DNA of 64,000 nucleotides from the NCBI GenBank assembly GCA_028286565.1, contig JAQBRH010000004.1, positions 33,951-97,950 on the forward strand. The letters run 5' to 3'. The notes below the pieces were generated by a model, which worked only from the letters and a program-made list of their open reading frames with translations, was not told the origin of the DNA and ran no database searches. Positions 20,403 through 29,367 of the stretch are shown one piece after another. The stretch's first letter is position 1, and each line of letters begins with the position of its first letter. This stretch comes from Parcubacteria group bacterium. Its GTDB lineage: Bacteria > Patescibacteriota > Minisyncoccia > Phycocordibacterales > Zambryskibacteraceae. The position numbers and the translations under genes were made by a program.

Positions 20403-20657
20403 CTATAGAATATCACGAGTTCCCCCGACGAATTCGAGCTTCTGGCCCCGGGTCCATCCCTTGATCTCCGCCTCGCGCTTGGAGGCTGAGCTTCTGTTCG
20501 GGTGTTTTTCGGTGTAGAGCAATTTCTTCACTCCTTTCGATCTCGTATAATGGCCGCCCTTCCCGCCTCGGTGTTCCTTGACCCTTCTTTCCACATCGGT
20601 CGTGATGCCCGTGTACAGCGTCCCGTTTTTACATTCTAAAATATAGACAACATACAT
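20403..20657 (-). CDS. Small GIY-YIG nuclease (UPF0213-like)
   Basis: VYILECKNGTLYTGITTDVERRVKEH...A.KRE..IK; start taken at MYVVYIL. Confidence 0.88.
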   Translation of the reverse strand: MYVVYILECKNGTLYTGITTDVERRVKEHRGGKGGHYTRSKGVKKLLYTEKHPNRSSASKREAEIKGWTRGQKLEFVGGTRDIL

Positions 20658-20697
20658 GTGCTTTTTTGCAACATGACGCAGGACTCGCATAATCTTG

Positions 20698-20970
20698 TTA
20701 GATAGCCGCCCCGTCGCCCAGATTCATATCCTGTTTATAGCGCTCAATGACTTCAGGATGGTTGCCTTCCTTGCAGTCAGCTACAAACATATCCGCGCTG
20801 GCCGCGTCAGGAAAGCTCATATAGGCCAAGGCGCTCTTGCACACGACATCGATGTTCAACTTCCCCGAGGTGTAGGTTGTGGCCGGAGTGGCTGAAGGAT
20901 TGTTTGCAAAATGGAAATATCCGCCTACTAGGACCGCCCCTACGATGACTGCGAGTAATATGTCTTTCAT
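20698..20970 (-). CDS. Small secreted hypothetical protein
   Basis: N-terminal TM, two Cys, TATAAT 7 nt before the ATG. Confidence 0.65.
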   Translation of the reverse strand: MKDILLAVIVGAVLVGGYFHFANNPSATPATTYTSGKLNIDVVCKSALAYMSFPDAASADMFVADCKEGNHPEVIERYKQDMNLGDGAAI

Positions 20971-20995
20971 ACGGATAATTATAGCATTGTATGGA

Positions 20996-21253
20996 TTAGC
21001 CGGTAGCCAGCAAGATCCAGAGGCAGGCGAAGGCCGCCACGACTAGAATGCCCGCCGCAATCCGATAATTGGGCCTTGCGATCCTAGCGGTTACGAATGT
21101 GTAGGTAAGCCCGAGGAGGACAAAGAACACCCAGGCGAAGATAAAATCTCCCGGACCCCAATTCCATCCGCTCACGTACATGTTCCCAAAAAACGGGATC
21201 AGTAAAGCAGCCGTTGCCCAACGTACGATATTGATAATAGTTCTCTTCTGCAT
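20996..21253 (-). CDS. Small membrane protein (cassette)
   Basis: Three TM segments with W.W...DF motif; begins just after the repeat at 21272 on the minus strand. Confidence 0.7.
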   Translation of the reverse strand: MQKRTIINIVRWATAALLIPFFGNMYVSGWNWGPGDFIFAWVFFVLLGLTYTFVTARIARPNYRIAAGILVVAAFACLWILLATG

Positions 21254-21342
21254 ATGTTTAGGATATCACGAGCCGGTCCAGTGGGCGACGTTGGAACTTT
21301 TATTAAAATAGCCGGCCCTTGAGAGGTCGGCTTCTACAAATA

Positions 21343-21633
21343 CTAGGTACGAGTAGCAAGATTCGTGAGCGCACTGTCGACTCGCTCGAAGAAGCCGGTG
21401 TCTGACTTGCCGGCCAACCTTCGGAGGTCGGCATTCCTTTCGGCGATCGCATGAGCAGCCTCTGCCGGCATCTGGCTTTCCATCAGGATGGCCAGCATGC
21501 CCATCACTTCCCATTTAGTCGTGTATTCGGATTCGACCAGTTGCATATGAGCCTTGTACAAACGCTCTCCGACAACTTCATGAAAAGGACGGGCGCCGAC
21601 CATGATCCACCTCGGTAGTTTGTGAGCGTTCAA
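21343..21633 (-). CDS. Hypothetical protein (cassette)
   Basis: ORF fills the interval between repeats 21272 and 21682; start uncertain. Confidence 0.5.
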   Translation of the reverse strand: MNAHKLPRWIMVGARPFHEVVGERLYKAHMQLVESEYTTKWEVMGMLAILMESQMPAEAAHAIAERNADLRRLAGKSDTGFFERVDSALTNLATRT

Positions 21634-21707
21634 TTCCTCTGATCAACAGAGTATCATAAATTTATGATAAGTCAATCTTATTGGGTTCTATGGGGCGACG
21701 TTAAACC

Positions 21708-21965
21708 CTAGCTCAAACCAAAGTAGAAAGCGGAAGCTACTACGATCTGAGAGAAGATCGCCAACAACAGTTTCTGAAGGCCCTTCTGTGAAGGGCCGAA
21801 TACATATACCCCAAAAGATACGGCATACAGGATCATGGCCATCACTACAACTATGAGCAAATTCGGACCCTCAGGATCATTGAAGAGCGAGAACATCGTC
21901 CTAGAACATGCAAGGGATGTTATGCCCAGGATGAGCAGCGAGGTCTTTTTTGAATTGAAATTCAT
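21708..21965 (-). CDS. Small membrane protein (cassette)
   Basis: Three TM segments, DPEGPNLL motif; stop abuts a degenerate repeat. Confidence 0.7.
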   Translation of the reverse strand: MNFNSKKTSLLILGITSLACSRTMFSLFNDPEGPNLLIVVVMAMILYAVSFGVYVFGPSQKGLQKLLLAIFSQIVVASAFYFGLS

Positions 21966-22062
21966 ATGTGTAAGTATACTAGAAGATCACCGGCTACCCT
22001 GTGGCTCGTACTGAAATTGGCCTTATTTGTATATTGCCCTGAAGCGCAGTAAAATTGTGCAC

Positions 22063-22536
22063 ATGATACCAAAAAATACAATTTGTCTCTGGTTCGATAA
22101 GGATGCGGAGGAAGCGGCGAACTTTTATGCCGCCACCTTCCCCGACAGTAAAGTCACGGCGGTTTTTCATGCGCCCGGCGATTTTCCCGGCGGCAAGAAA
22201 GGTGATGTGCTTACGGTAGAATTTACCGTCTGCGGAATCCCGTGCATCGGGCTGAACGGCGGTCCCGTGTTCAAGCAAAGCGAGGCATTCTCCTTCCAGA
22301 TCGCCACGGATGACCAGGAAGAAACTGATCGCTATTGGAATACGATCGTTCAAAACGGCGGACAAGAGAGTGATTGCGGATGGTGCAAGGATCGCTGGGG
22401 AGTATCATGGCAGATCACGCCGCGTACGCTGATCGAGGCCTTCGCCGTCGGAGGGACAGAAGCAGAGCGCGCTTTTGGCGCGATGATGACAATGAAAAAA
22501 ATCGACGTCGCCGCTATCGACGCAGCCCGGGGTTAA
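22063..22536 (+). CDS. VOC/PhnB-like protein (3-demethylubiquinone methyltransferase family) (cassette)
   Basis: CLWFDKDAEEAANFY, LNGGP, EAFSFQI and CGWCKDRWGVSWQI. Confidence 0.9.
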   Translation: MIPKNTICLWFDKDAEEAANFYAATFPDSKVTAVFHAPGDFPGGKKGDVLTVEFTVCGIPCIGLNGGPVFKQSEAFSFQIATDDQEETDRYWNTIVQNGGQESDCGWCKDRWGVSWQITPRTLIEAFAVGGTEAERAFGAMMTMKKIDVAAIDAARG

Positions 22537-22570
22537 AATTGGTTGCTGGCCCTGTGGGCAAAGTTGGAAC

Positions 22571-23014
22571 TTATGTAGTCCTCAGTCCTAGTTCCCCTCT
22601 TCTGCTTTGTAGCGCCAATATAGCCAGAACCAGAGCATAGACAATATGCTCATCAATTAGAGGATTATTGGCTGGAGGAAACAATGACAGCCACATCAAA
22701 AGCATCATCACGATCCCCGCAACCGCGCCCCACATCACACATCTATTTACCAAGAGAGTTACGCCGACAAACAAAAGACCGAGCATGAACAGCCAATCAA
22801 TGGCCGGCACGCCAGACAGGCTCTTAAACAATGGCACCAAAGGTCCGTGCGTACCAAAGCTTAAAAATCCAGATGTCGGAGAACCTCCTCTTATCCATGC
22901 ATTTTCGCTCTTTGTAGAAAAGCCTAATCCGAACACCTTATCGATAAAAGCCCACAAGAAGATGAATGACATCACAAAACGAAGCTTAAGAAATGCGATT
23001 TTTGATATGTTCAT
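22571..23014 (-). CDS. DoxX-family membrane protein (cassette)
   Basis: LRFVMSFIFLWAFIDKVFGLGF...GGSPT...NNPLIDEH. Confidence 0.8.
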   Translation of the reverse strand: MNISKIAFLKLRFVMSFIFLWAFIDKVFGLGFSTKSENAWIRGGSPTSGFLSFGTHGPLVPLFKSLSGVPAIDWLFMLGLLFVGVTLLVNRCVMWGAVAGIVMMLLMWLSLFPPANNPLIDEHIVYALVLAILALQSRRGELGLRTT

Positions 23015-23086
23015 TTATACAGTCTACGCCTTTTATCCATTTTTCTATATACTTCACCTAGGCTAGTACATTCACTGGAGGTATGT

Positions 23087-23677
23087 ATGACTGCACAAAT
23101 AAGCCTTACCCAACACGACGCTTCCAAGCTGCCACGCCTGGCTGCCGACCTATGGAGGATCGCGAACGGATATGGCTTTCATCCAGCCAAGGATGGGCGC
23201 TTCGAGAACGAAGCGGCAAGGGCTGACTTTGCCCACCGCCTTGATGATTTTATCTCTCATCATCTGGTACTTAAGCCGGAAGCTCCCTGCACATCTCGCA
23301 CTCTCCGCCATTTCATGGAGATGGAACGCAGACCGGTTCAGAGAAAAGAAGCCCTCGAACTGAAGAAGATAAACGAGCTCACCCTTGCCTGGGCGGCCTG
23401 CCTTCTCCTCAAGGGCTACCGGGGGCTCACCCGAGGGGAAGCGTTGAATACTCTGAAAGTCCTGGCAATTCAACTCCTTGAGAAGTTCGGATATCCGCTC
23501 CAACCCTATCGGGCGATGTTCTGTCCGATCCTAAACGCTTGGGAGAACGAAAAGGATTGGGCGGTGATACTTTCGAACGATACGGGGGTGATACAAGAAA
23601 CGCCTTGTTCATCGACCTTGGTCGTCCTACCTGACGTATGCAAGCAGTGCGTCGAAGAACATACGACCGTTCGATAG
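23087..23677 (+). CDS. Hypothetical protein (cassette)
   Basis: 196-aa ORF with GGAGG Shine-Dalgarno and a hairpin/T-tract downstream. Confidence 0.6.
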   Translation: MTAQISLTQHDASKLPRLAADLWRIANGYGFHPAKDGRFENEAARADFAHRLDDFISHHLVLKPEAPCTSRTLRHFMEMERRPVQRKEALELKKINELTLAWAACLLLKGYRGLTRGEALNTLKVLAIQLLEKFGYPLQPYRAMFCPILNAWENEKDWAVILSNDTGVIQETPCSSTLVVLPDVCKQCVEEHTTVR

Positions 23678-23735
23678 CTCGACGGTCTTTTTATCTATTT
23701 TTACGAGCCGGCCCTGTGGTACGAAGTTGGAACTG

Positions 23736-24137
23736 CTATACCTTAGGCATTTCAGCTATAAATGCAAACAATTCCCAAATATGACCATTAATATCGCGAA
23801 ATGCTTTTCCATACATAAAAGCTTCAGATTCGGGACTATCCTTTGTTACGTCTACAGCACCGGACGTAGTAGCTTTTTCAAAGAAAGCATCTACTTCACT
23901 CTTTGAATCAAACTGTAATGCAATGGTCAGGTTATTATTGATTGCTTCCGGATTACCTCCGACAAAAGTTGCAAATCGCTTGTCCTCCAACAACATAACA
24001 AAAGTATTTTCGTTGATCTTTGCATTAGTGGTATCTTCACTGCTGAATTGTTCATTCTTCACCATTCCTAGCGATGCAAAGAATGTATCAGTGTCAGCAA
24101 CATTTCTAATCGGCAAGTTAATGTATGTATTTTTCAT
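23736..24137 (-). CDS. VOC/glyoxalase family protein (cassette)
   Basis: YINLPI...FFASLG...FMYGKAFRDINGHIWE. Confidence 0.85.
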   Translation of the reverse strand: MKNTYINLPIRNVADTDTFFASLGMVKNEQFSSEDTTNAKINENTFVMLLEDKRFATFVGGNPEAINNNLTIALQFDSKSEVDAFFEKATTSGAVDVTKDSPESEAFMYGKAFRDINGHIWELFAFIAEMPKV

Positions 24138-24209
24138 ATATAAAAGTATATCAAGAAAACCTCCAGCTGGTCCTGTGGGACGAAGGTGGAACCATTCTAG
24201 GGCAGGTCC

Positions 24210-24572
24210 CTATTCCTCAGGTTCATCATTGATACCCAGCTTTGATTGAATAGCTTGTCGTATCCACCACGTCGCATAGGTTGAGAATTTATAATCAGCT
24301 TTATAATCATATTTTTCCACGGCTTTAAAAAGGCCCAGGTTACCATTTTGAATAAGATCCAATTGAGAAACATTCTGCTCGTTGTCTTTGTATGCTTCCG
24401 CAATCTTCGCTACTAATCGCAAATTCCCCTTGGCTAAAAGATTCTTTGCTTCATCATCATTATTTTCCTTAATTCTTTTAGCCAGCTTTTTCTCTTCTTC
24501 ACCGGAAATAAGTAGATATGCTGATATCTCATTAAGGTAATCTTCTAATTTTTCCTGTTCAGTTTTTTCCAT
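24210..24572 (-). CDS. Truncated sigma-70-like protein, regions 1.2 and 2 only (cassette)
   Basis: YLNEI...EE..LA, NLRLVAKIA, DLIQNGNLGLFKAVEKYD and FSTYATWWIRQAI, then a stop. Confidence 0.85.
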   Translation of the reverse strand: MEKTEQEKLEDYLNEISAYLLISGEEEKKLAKRIKENNDDEAKNLLAKGNLRLVAKIAEAYKDNEQNVSQLDLIQNGNLGLFKAVEKYDYKADYKFSTYATWWIRQAIQSKLGINDEPEE

Positions 24573-24662
24573 GATATGTATCTAAACGTTTATTCACTAG
24601 GATGCTTTCCCTTTAAAATCATAAGAGCCAGCCATGTGGGACGATGTTGGAACCTTTTTTAA

Positions 24663-25193
24663 CTATTCCTGAGGAAAACCATACTTCTCACGTATTTCCC
24701 TAGTGTATTGCTCTATTGGTTCTAATCCAATCTCTGCCCTTCTTTCGTCAACGTGTTTTTCATCTTCTATAGGCTCAGGTCTGAAGTTTCCATCCCTATC
24801 TCTAAATTGAGTTCCGTAAACCTGTAAACCATGCTCACTTACTCGTATTCGATCTTCTAAGTACGCAACATGTTTTCTATCTACCTCCTCGGGCGATTCT
24901 GCTTTCATAAGTTCAAGACACTTTTTTTGAAAATCTTTATCGTGATCTGCGTGTTGAATTAATAGCCATGCATTACGAACACCTATTGCTCCAACTTTAG
25001 ATGTAGTGGGCCATCCGATTTCAACAACAATTTCCTTTAATCTTTCTGTATTTCTTTTATCAATTTCGTTATCCCAATACTCATCATCTACAAGATTCTT
25101 TTCTCGCATATCTTGGTCTACCTTAACCATTGTTTCTAATTCAGAAGCGATCTCTGGATTAAGCATGACTTTAGGAGTTTCTTCATTATTCAT
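24663..25193 (-). CDS. DUF6624-like protein (cassette)
   Basis: DQ..R, GWP, AWLLIQHAD, AYLEDR, Q.YGTQ and VDERRAEIGL. Confidence 0.8.
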   Translation of the reverse strand: MNNEETPKVMLNPEIASELETMVKVDQDMREKNLVDDEYWDNEIDKRNTERLKEIVVEIGWPTTSKVGAIGVRNAWLLIQHADHDKDFQKKCLELMKAESPEEVDRKHVAYLEDRIRVSEHGLQVYGTQFRDRDGNFRPEPIEDEKHVDERRAEIGLEPIEQYTREIREKYGFPQE

Positions 25194-25239
25194 ATACCTA
25201 GAATATCACGAGCTGGGCCCTGGGGTACGAAGCTGGAAC

Positions 25240-25821
25240 CTATTTTACAGCTATAAAGTGAAAAACATGCCAGTGCTTCGTCTCTCCCGCAGCAGTTTTG
25301 CCATCTTTTTCTTCTTCACTGAACTCCGCAATCTTTAGTCCCTGCAGCAATGACTCCGCCTCTTCTTTAGTCTGAAATGTCATATCTCTACCTTCTACAT
25401 TCCACTCATCTCTATCTCCGAAGAATTGTCCGACAAATACACCGCCTGGTTTTAACGACTTAATAATTGATTGAATAACATCATTAAATTTTCCTTTAGA
25501 AGTAAACGGTAAAGAATACTGAGCGTTAATCAGATCATACGCACCTTCTACAAAATCAAAATCTTCAAAAGAACTTATTTCGTATGTGACTTTTTCGGCG
25601 GGAAGTTGCTCGAGCACTTCTCCAGAGACTGGGTTCTTATCGACAGCTGTAACATGCTCAAATCCTACAGACAAAAGATACCTCGTATCATTAAGTGCCC
25701 CTGATCCAAGATCCAATGCTTCATGTTTGTCTTGAACTAATTCGACAGCGTTAACCAAAGAAGGTCTTGGTGGCGTTTCTTTAGTTTGTTCGTAGTATTG
25801 CTCCCAGTTATGTTCACTCAT
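25240..25821 (-). CDS. Class I SAM-dependent methyltransferase (cassette)
   Basis: ALDLGSGA, VTAVD and LKPGGVFVGQFFG; start at the second Met, after TGnTATCAT. Confidence 0.85.
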   Translation of the reverse strand: MSEHNWEQYYEQTKETPPRPSLVNAVELVQDKHEALDLGSGALNDTRYLLSVGFEHVTAVDKNPVSGEVLEQLPAEKVTYEISSFEDFDFVEGAYDLINAQYSLPFTSKGKFNDVIQSIIKSLKPGGVFVGQFFGDRDEWNVEGRDMTFQTKEEAESLLQGLKIAEFSEEEKDGKTAAGETKHWHVFHFIAVK

Positions 25822-25874
25822 GGGCATATGATATCAGAATTTCGCTAGCTGGCCCTGGGATGAGGTTGGAACCT

Positions 25875-26399
25875 TTATACCGTAACAATCTTCAGATCTG
25901 CCGTATCAATTGTGCCTTTATAGAGAATATGAGGAACCAGATGGAATCCCATGGGGATCATGCCTGCTTCAATAGTTTCCTTATAGTATTCAGTGGTTGC
26001 CTCCGGTAGATAGGCATATTTCTCGACTTCATTCGGATCATAGGCCAGATAATCATCTTCTGGAGGAGGAGTCCCCTTTTCGCGTGGGGAGTTTAAATAC
26101 ACCACAGTCTTTTCTAGCTCTAGCTTTTCTGCAGGGATCTCAACATAACTTAAGGCGAAACCTTTTCCCAACTTCCGCATTTCCCTATCAACAATGCTCG
26201 GATTCAATGCACTCAGATGAAGTACGTCGTTCCACAAACAACCCAGCCTCTTTATTCTTCTTTGCAACAAAATTTCACGGCCTTCGTACTTCTTTACATG
26301 TGCCTGATACGCATCGGGGAAAATGTTTTTAAGCGTATTCAAGGGATATAGTACGGTTCCCTGCATTCCTTTGGGAACTATATGATAGACGAATGCCAT
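25875..26399 (-). CDS. Conserved hypothetical protein (cassette)
   Basis: YHIVPK.M.GTVLYPLN...KYEGRE...CLWNDVLH...PHILYKG. Confidence 0.7.
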   Translation of the reverse strand: MAFVYHIVPKGMQGTVLYPLNTLKNIFPDAYQAHVKKYEGREILLQRRIKRLGCLWNDVLHLSALNPSIVDREMRKLGKGFALSYVEIPAEKLELEKTVVYLNSPREKGTPPPEDDYLAYDPNEVEKYAYLPEATTEYYKETIEAGMIPMGFHLVPHILYKGTIDTADLKIVTV

Positions 26400-26429
26400 A
26401 TGGGAGTAGTGTAACAGAAATTCGTTTAA

Positions 26430-26936
26430 TCAAAACTTGATCAAGAGATCCGCTGTATTTTCATAAAAAGACGTATGGGCCTTAAACCAGGTCTTATTTT
26501 TACGAGACAACCTTCCCTCCTTGTTGCTTACACTAGCTATAAGACTCTCTGCCGTTGAAACTTTATAGCCTCTTTTCATTGCTCCTATTGCTGTATCCTG
26601 AACGCATGCATTGGCATTAACTCCAATAATAATGAGGTTCTTTATCTTTAGGCTACGAAGAATTTTATCCAGATGGGTTTTTGTGAATCCACTATTGCTC
26701 TCCTTAATGATTATTTCTTCCGCGACTTTGCGAATTAATTTTTCTAATATAGGAGTTGTTCTTCCTCTGTCTTTGCCTCCAGCTTTATACTCAAAAACAA
26801 CCACCGGAATATTTTCTTTTATGCATCTACGAAGGATCTTACCTTGCTCTGCAATTAATTTTTCCTTAATATGAGCAGGAAAATTCTTTAGGAAAAAATC
26901 CTGCATATCCATCACAACGACTGCGGCATTCTTCAT
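26430..26936 (-). CDS. Isochorismatase-family cysteine hydrolase (cassette)
   Basis: VMDMQDFF, K...SGF and GVNANACVQDTA. Confidence 0.85.
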   Translation of the reverse strand: MKNAAVVVMDMQDFFLKNFPAHIKEKLIAEQGKILRRCIKENIPVVVFEYKAGGKDRGRTTPILEKLIRKVAEEIIIKESNSGFTKTHLDKILRSLKIKNLIIIGVNANACVQDTAIGAMKRGYKVSTAESLIASVSNKEGRLSRKNKTWFKAHTSFYENTADLLIKF

Positions 26937-27042
26937 ATTTTAAGTATACCAGCACAAGTTTCGCTAGCTGGCCCTGTAGTACGATGTTGGAACCTTTGTA
27001 GAAAAAGAAAAAGACCGCCTGTAAGCGATCTGCTAGTCAGAA

Positions 27043-27450
27043 TCACAGTCCTCCAAAAACATGGAGACTGTCCTTTCCCGAAGAACCTCTTGGATAGTAT
27101 TCCAGCGTGAACTCCACTGAATCTGGCATGCCTTCTGGAAGATGAGCGATCTGGTTTCCACGATACGGGATACCCCGAAAGAAGATGTTTATGAGCGATG
27201 TCAAAGCGTCAGCGATCTCTTCTTTTGAAAATTGGAAACGCTCTGAGTCAGAGATTTCACGCGGATCAGTTCCCCTCTTTGTTTCCTTCCCTATTACCTC
27301 CGCACTTATTTCAACTTCGAGGATTTCGGGTGGTACAAAGGAAGACCGAGCGATCCTGTAAGGAAAAAATACATGCCCAGTTCTCCTTGCGATGAATTCA
27401 GCAATCGCATCACCGAATTGCTGGGCAGCAATTCTTTCGTAATCAGGCAT
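27043..27450 (-). CDS. Hypothetical protein (cassette)
   Basis: ORF fills the inter-repeat interval; ATG (MPDY) preceded by GGAAGG. Confidence 0.55.
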   Translation of the reverse strand: MPDYERIAAQQFGDAIAEFIARRTGHVFFPYRIARSSFVPPEILEVEISAEVIGKETKRGTDPREISDSERFQFSKEEIADALTSLINIFFRGIPYRGNQIAHLPEGMPDSVEFTLEYYPRGSSGKDSLHVFGGL

Positions 27451-27576
27451 AACACCTTCCAAGGCAAGATGTGGTCTGTGGTAGAACTTATCTGGTAATT
27501 AAAATACTACTTATTACAGTAAAGTCAAGTTGCTGGCCCTGTGGCACGAAGTTGGAACTTATATAAAAACCCAGGA

Positions 27577-27780
27577 TTACCTGGGCGTTGTAGAAGGCGC
27601 TTTGTAATTCGGCTGCGCCTCTGGTAGATCAAGCAGTGTTCTAGCCACAAGGGCACACACAAGAGCACAGAGAACAAATGTAACTCTCGTACTCTTTTGC
27701 TTGAATGTTACTCCCTTCATGAAAAGCAGGAGGGCGAGGAGGCCAAGGATCAAAGAAGCGGCAAGCGGGTGTGCAAACAT
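27577..27780 (-). CDS. Small two-TM membrane protein (cassette)
   Basis: ATG (MFAH) preceded by GGAG; fills the inter-repeat interval. Confidence 0.55.
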   Translation of the reverse strand: MFAHPLAASLILGLLALLLFMKGVTFKQKSTRVTFVLCALVCALVARTLLDLPEAQPNYKAPSTTPR

Positions 27781-27896
27781 GTGTTTCTCCAAAAGATGTG
27801 AAGATTCTACTGCCAGGGGTCGTTTCTGAATATAAATTACAACTAAAAAAGTCTTAAGTCAAATCTGCTGGCCCTGTGGTACGAAGTTGGAACTTT

Positions 27897-28382
27897 TTAA
27901 AGCTTCCCTCTTAATTCCAAGGCTCTTTCCATTATCCTTTCGCCTCTCTTCCCCCAATCAAAGTATTGCTTATATTCCTTAGGATCAATAAGTTTTATTT
28001 CTTCTATCTCGTTATCTGGATCTTTCACAAAATCACCATAAGGTTCAACTATACAAACACTCCTTGTCTGCCTAATAATTCTCCCCGGCTCATAAACATC
28101 TTGGAAACCTATTAGCGATTGGCTGAGAACTCGCATATTAGTTTCTTCCCTTACCTCCCGGATCACTGCTTCTTCATATGTTTCTCCTGGCTCTATTCCT
28201 CCGCCTGGCGGCATCCAGCCACTTTTTGGGTGATGGACTACTACCATTTTATCTCCATAGAAACAGAAAGCATGAACCCCTTGGAGCAACTTCCCTTCCA
28301 TATCAAATAACGGGTCTGATTCTTTATATATAATTTCAACTTCCTGACCCAATCTGTTTACATGAATAGATTTAATTTCCAT
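27897..28382 (-). CDS. NUDIX hydrolase (cassette)
   Basis: Nudix box GGGIEPGETYEEAVIREVREETN. Confidence 0.9.
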   Translation of the reverse strand: MEIKSIHVNRLGQEVEIIYKESDPLFDMEGKLLQGVHAFCFYGDKMVVVHHPKSGWMPPGGGIEPGETYEEAVIREVREETNMRVLSQSLIGFQDVYEPGRIIRQTRSVCIVEPYGDFVKDPDNEIEEIKLIDPKEYKQYFDWGKRGERIMERALELRGKL

Positions 28383-28516
28383 CAGTTAAGACTACCACGA
28401 GCTCGCCCTGTGGTACGAAGTTGGAACCTTTTTACAACCTTCTATTATTGACAACATCTAGGACATGATTCATATTGAACCCAGAGTACAACCCAACAAC
28501 GAATAGGAGACAAGAC

Positions 28517-28768
28517 ATGTCGAACGAGAAGTATTTCCGAGATCTGGCACCTGGGGAATTGTTTTCCTTCCAGTCGCCCACTTCCGATCCAGTCGTGGAG
28601 CCGGCCTCATACCTCGTCAAACTGAATGAGGATGAGTATCTGATGGAGCGAGGACATGGAACATTGCGCTTCATGAACTTCGAAAAGTCTCGCACTCTAG
28701 TAGTGAGCCACGGCATGGAAGACCAGGCCAATTTCGAACAGATGCTCGCTGCTTGGCCAAGGGAATAA
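28517..28768 (+). CDS. Hypothetical protein (cassette, inverted)
   Basis: AGGAG before MSNEKY; TTGACA at 28448; downstream hairpin. Confidence 0.55.
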   Translation: MSNEKYFRDLAPGELFSFQSPTSDPVVEPASYLVKLNEDEYLMERGHGTLRFMNFEKSRTLVVSHGMEDQANFEQMLAAWPRE

Positions 28769-28863
28769 TCCCCGGCCCCTACTTCCCACACATTCGCTTA
28801 ATTGAAAGGTGTGGGGATTTTCATAACTAAAATAATCGAACGCCTGGTACTAAGTTTTAGAAT

Positions 28864-29367
28864 TTAGAGAACACACTTCCTAAGGACATCTGCAGCAATG
28901 CGACAATCTTCAAGCGCATCGTGCGACCCTCTTGGTTTTGCACCAAAAGCTTGAAAAATATCTTCAGAATTCATCCCTCCCTGGTAGCCGGTTTTAAGTA
29001 GATGAGTGTAAGCGATAGGCCAAATATCCAACACATGATAGTCATACTGTTCTTCTCCATTTCTTGAAGCTGTAAGCGTTCTTAAATGCTTCATGTCGAG
29101 CTCAGCCACAAATGAAGCGATGATCACATTGCTTCCGAATCTTTCAAAGAATTCTTGTCCTACTTCTGCTTGAGATGGAGCACCATTAAGCATCTCTTGA
29201 GTGATGCCGGACTTTACACTTGATCTCCCCTGCAGATTTGCGTGTATATAACTCACAAAAGAATCTTTTTCAGCCAGAGTGTCTTTATCTAGGAGAATGG
29301 CACCTATTTGTTTTGGTGCTCTCATTCCTTCAAAATCTATAACCAAAATATCTTTGGGGAATTTCAT
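28864..29367 (-). CDS. DEDDh 3'-5' exonuclease (cassette)
   Basis: VIDFE...HDALEDC. Confidence 0.8.
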   Translation of the reverse strand: MKFPKDILVIDFEGMRAPKQIGAILLDKDTLAEKDSFVSYIHANLQGRSSVKSGITQEMLNGAPSQAEVGQEFFERFGSNVIIASFVAELDMKHLRTLTASRNGEEQYDYHVLDIWPIAYTHLLKTGYQGGMNSEDIFQAFGAKPRGSHDALEDCRIAADVLRKCVL

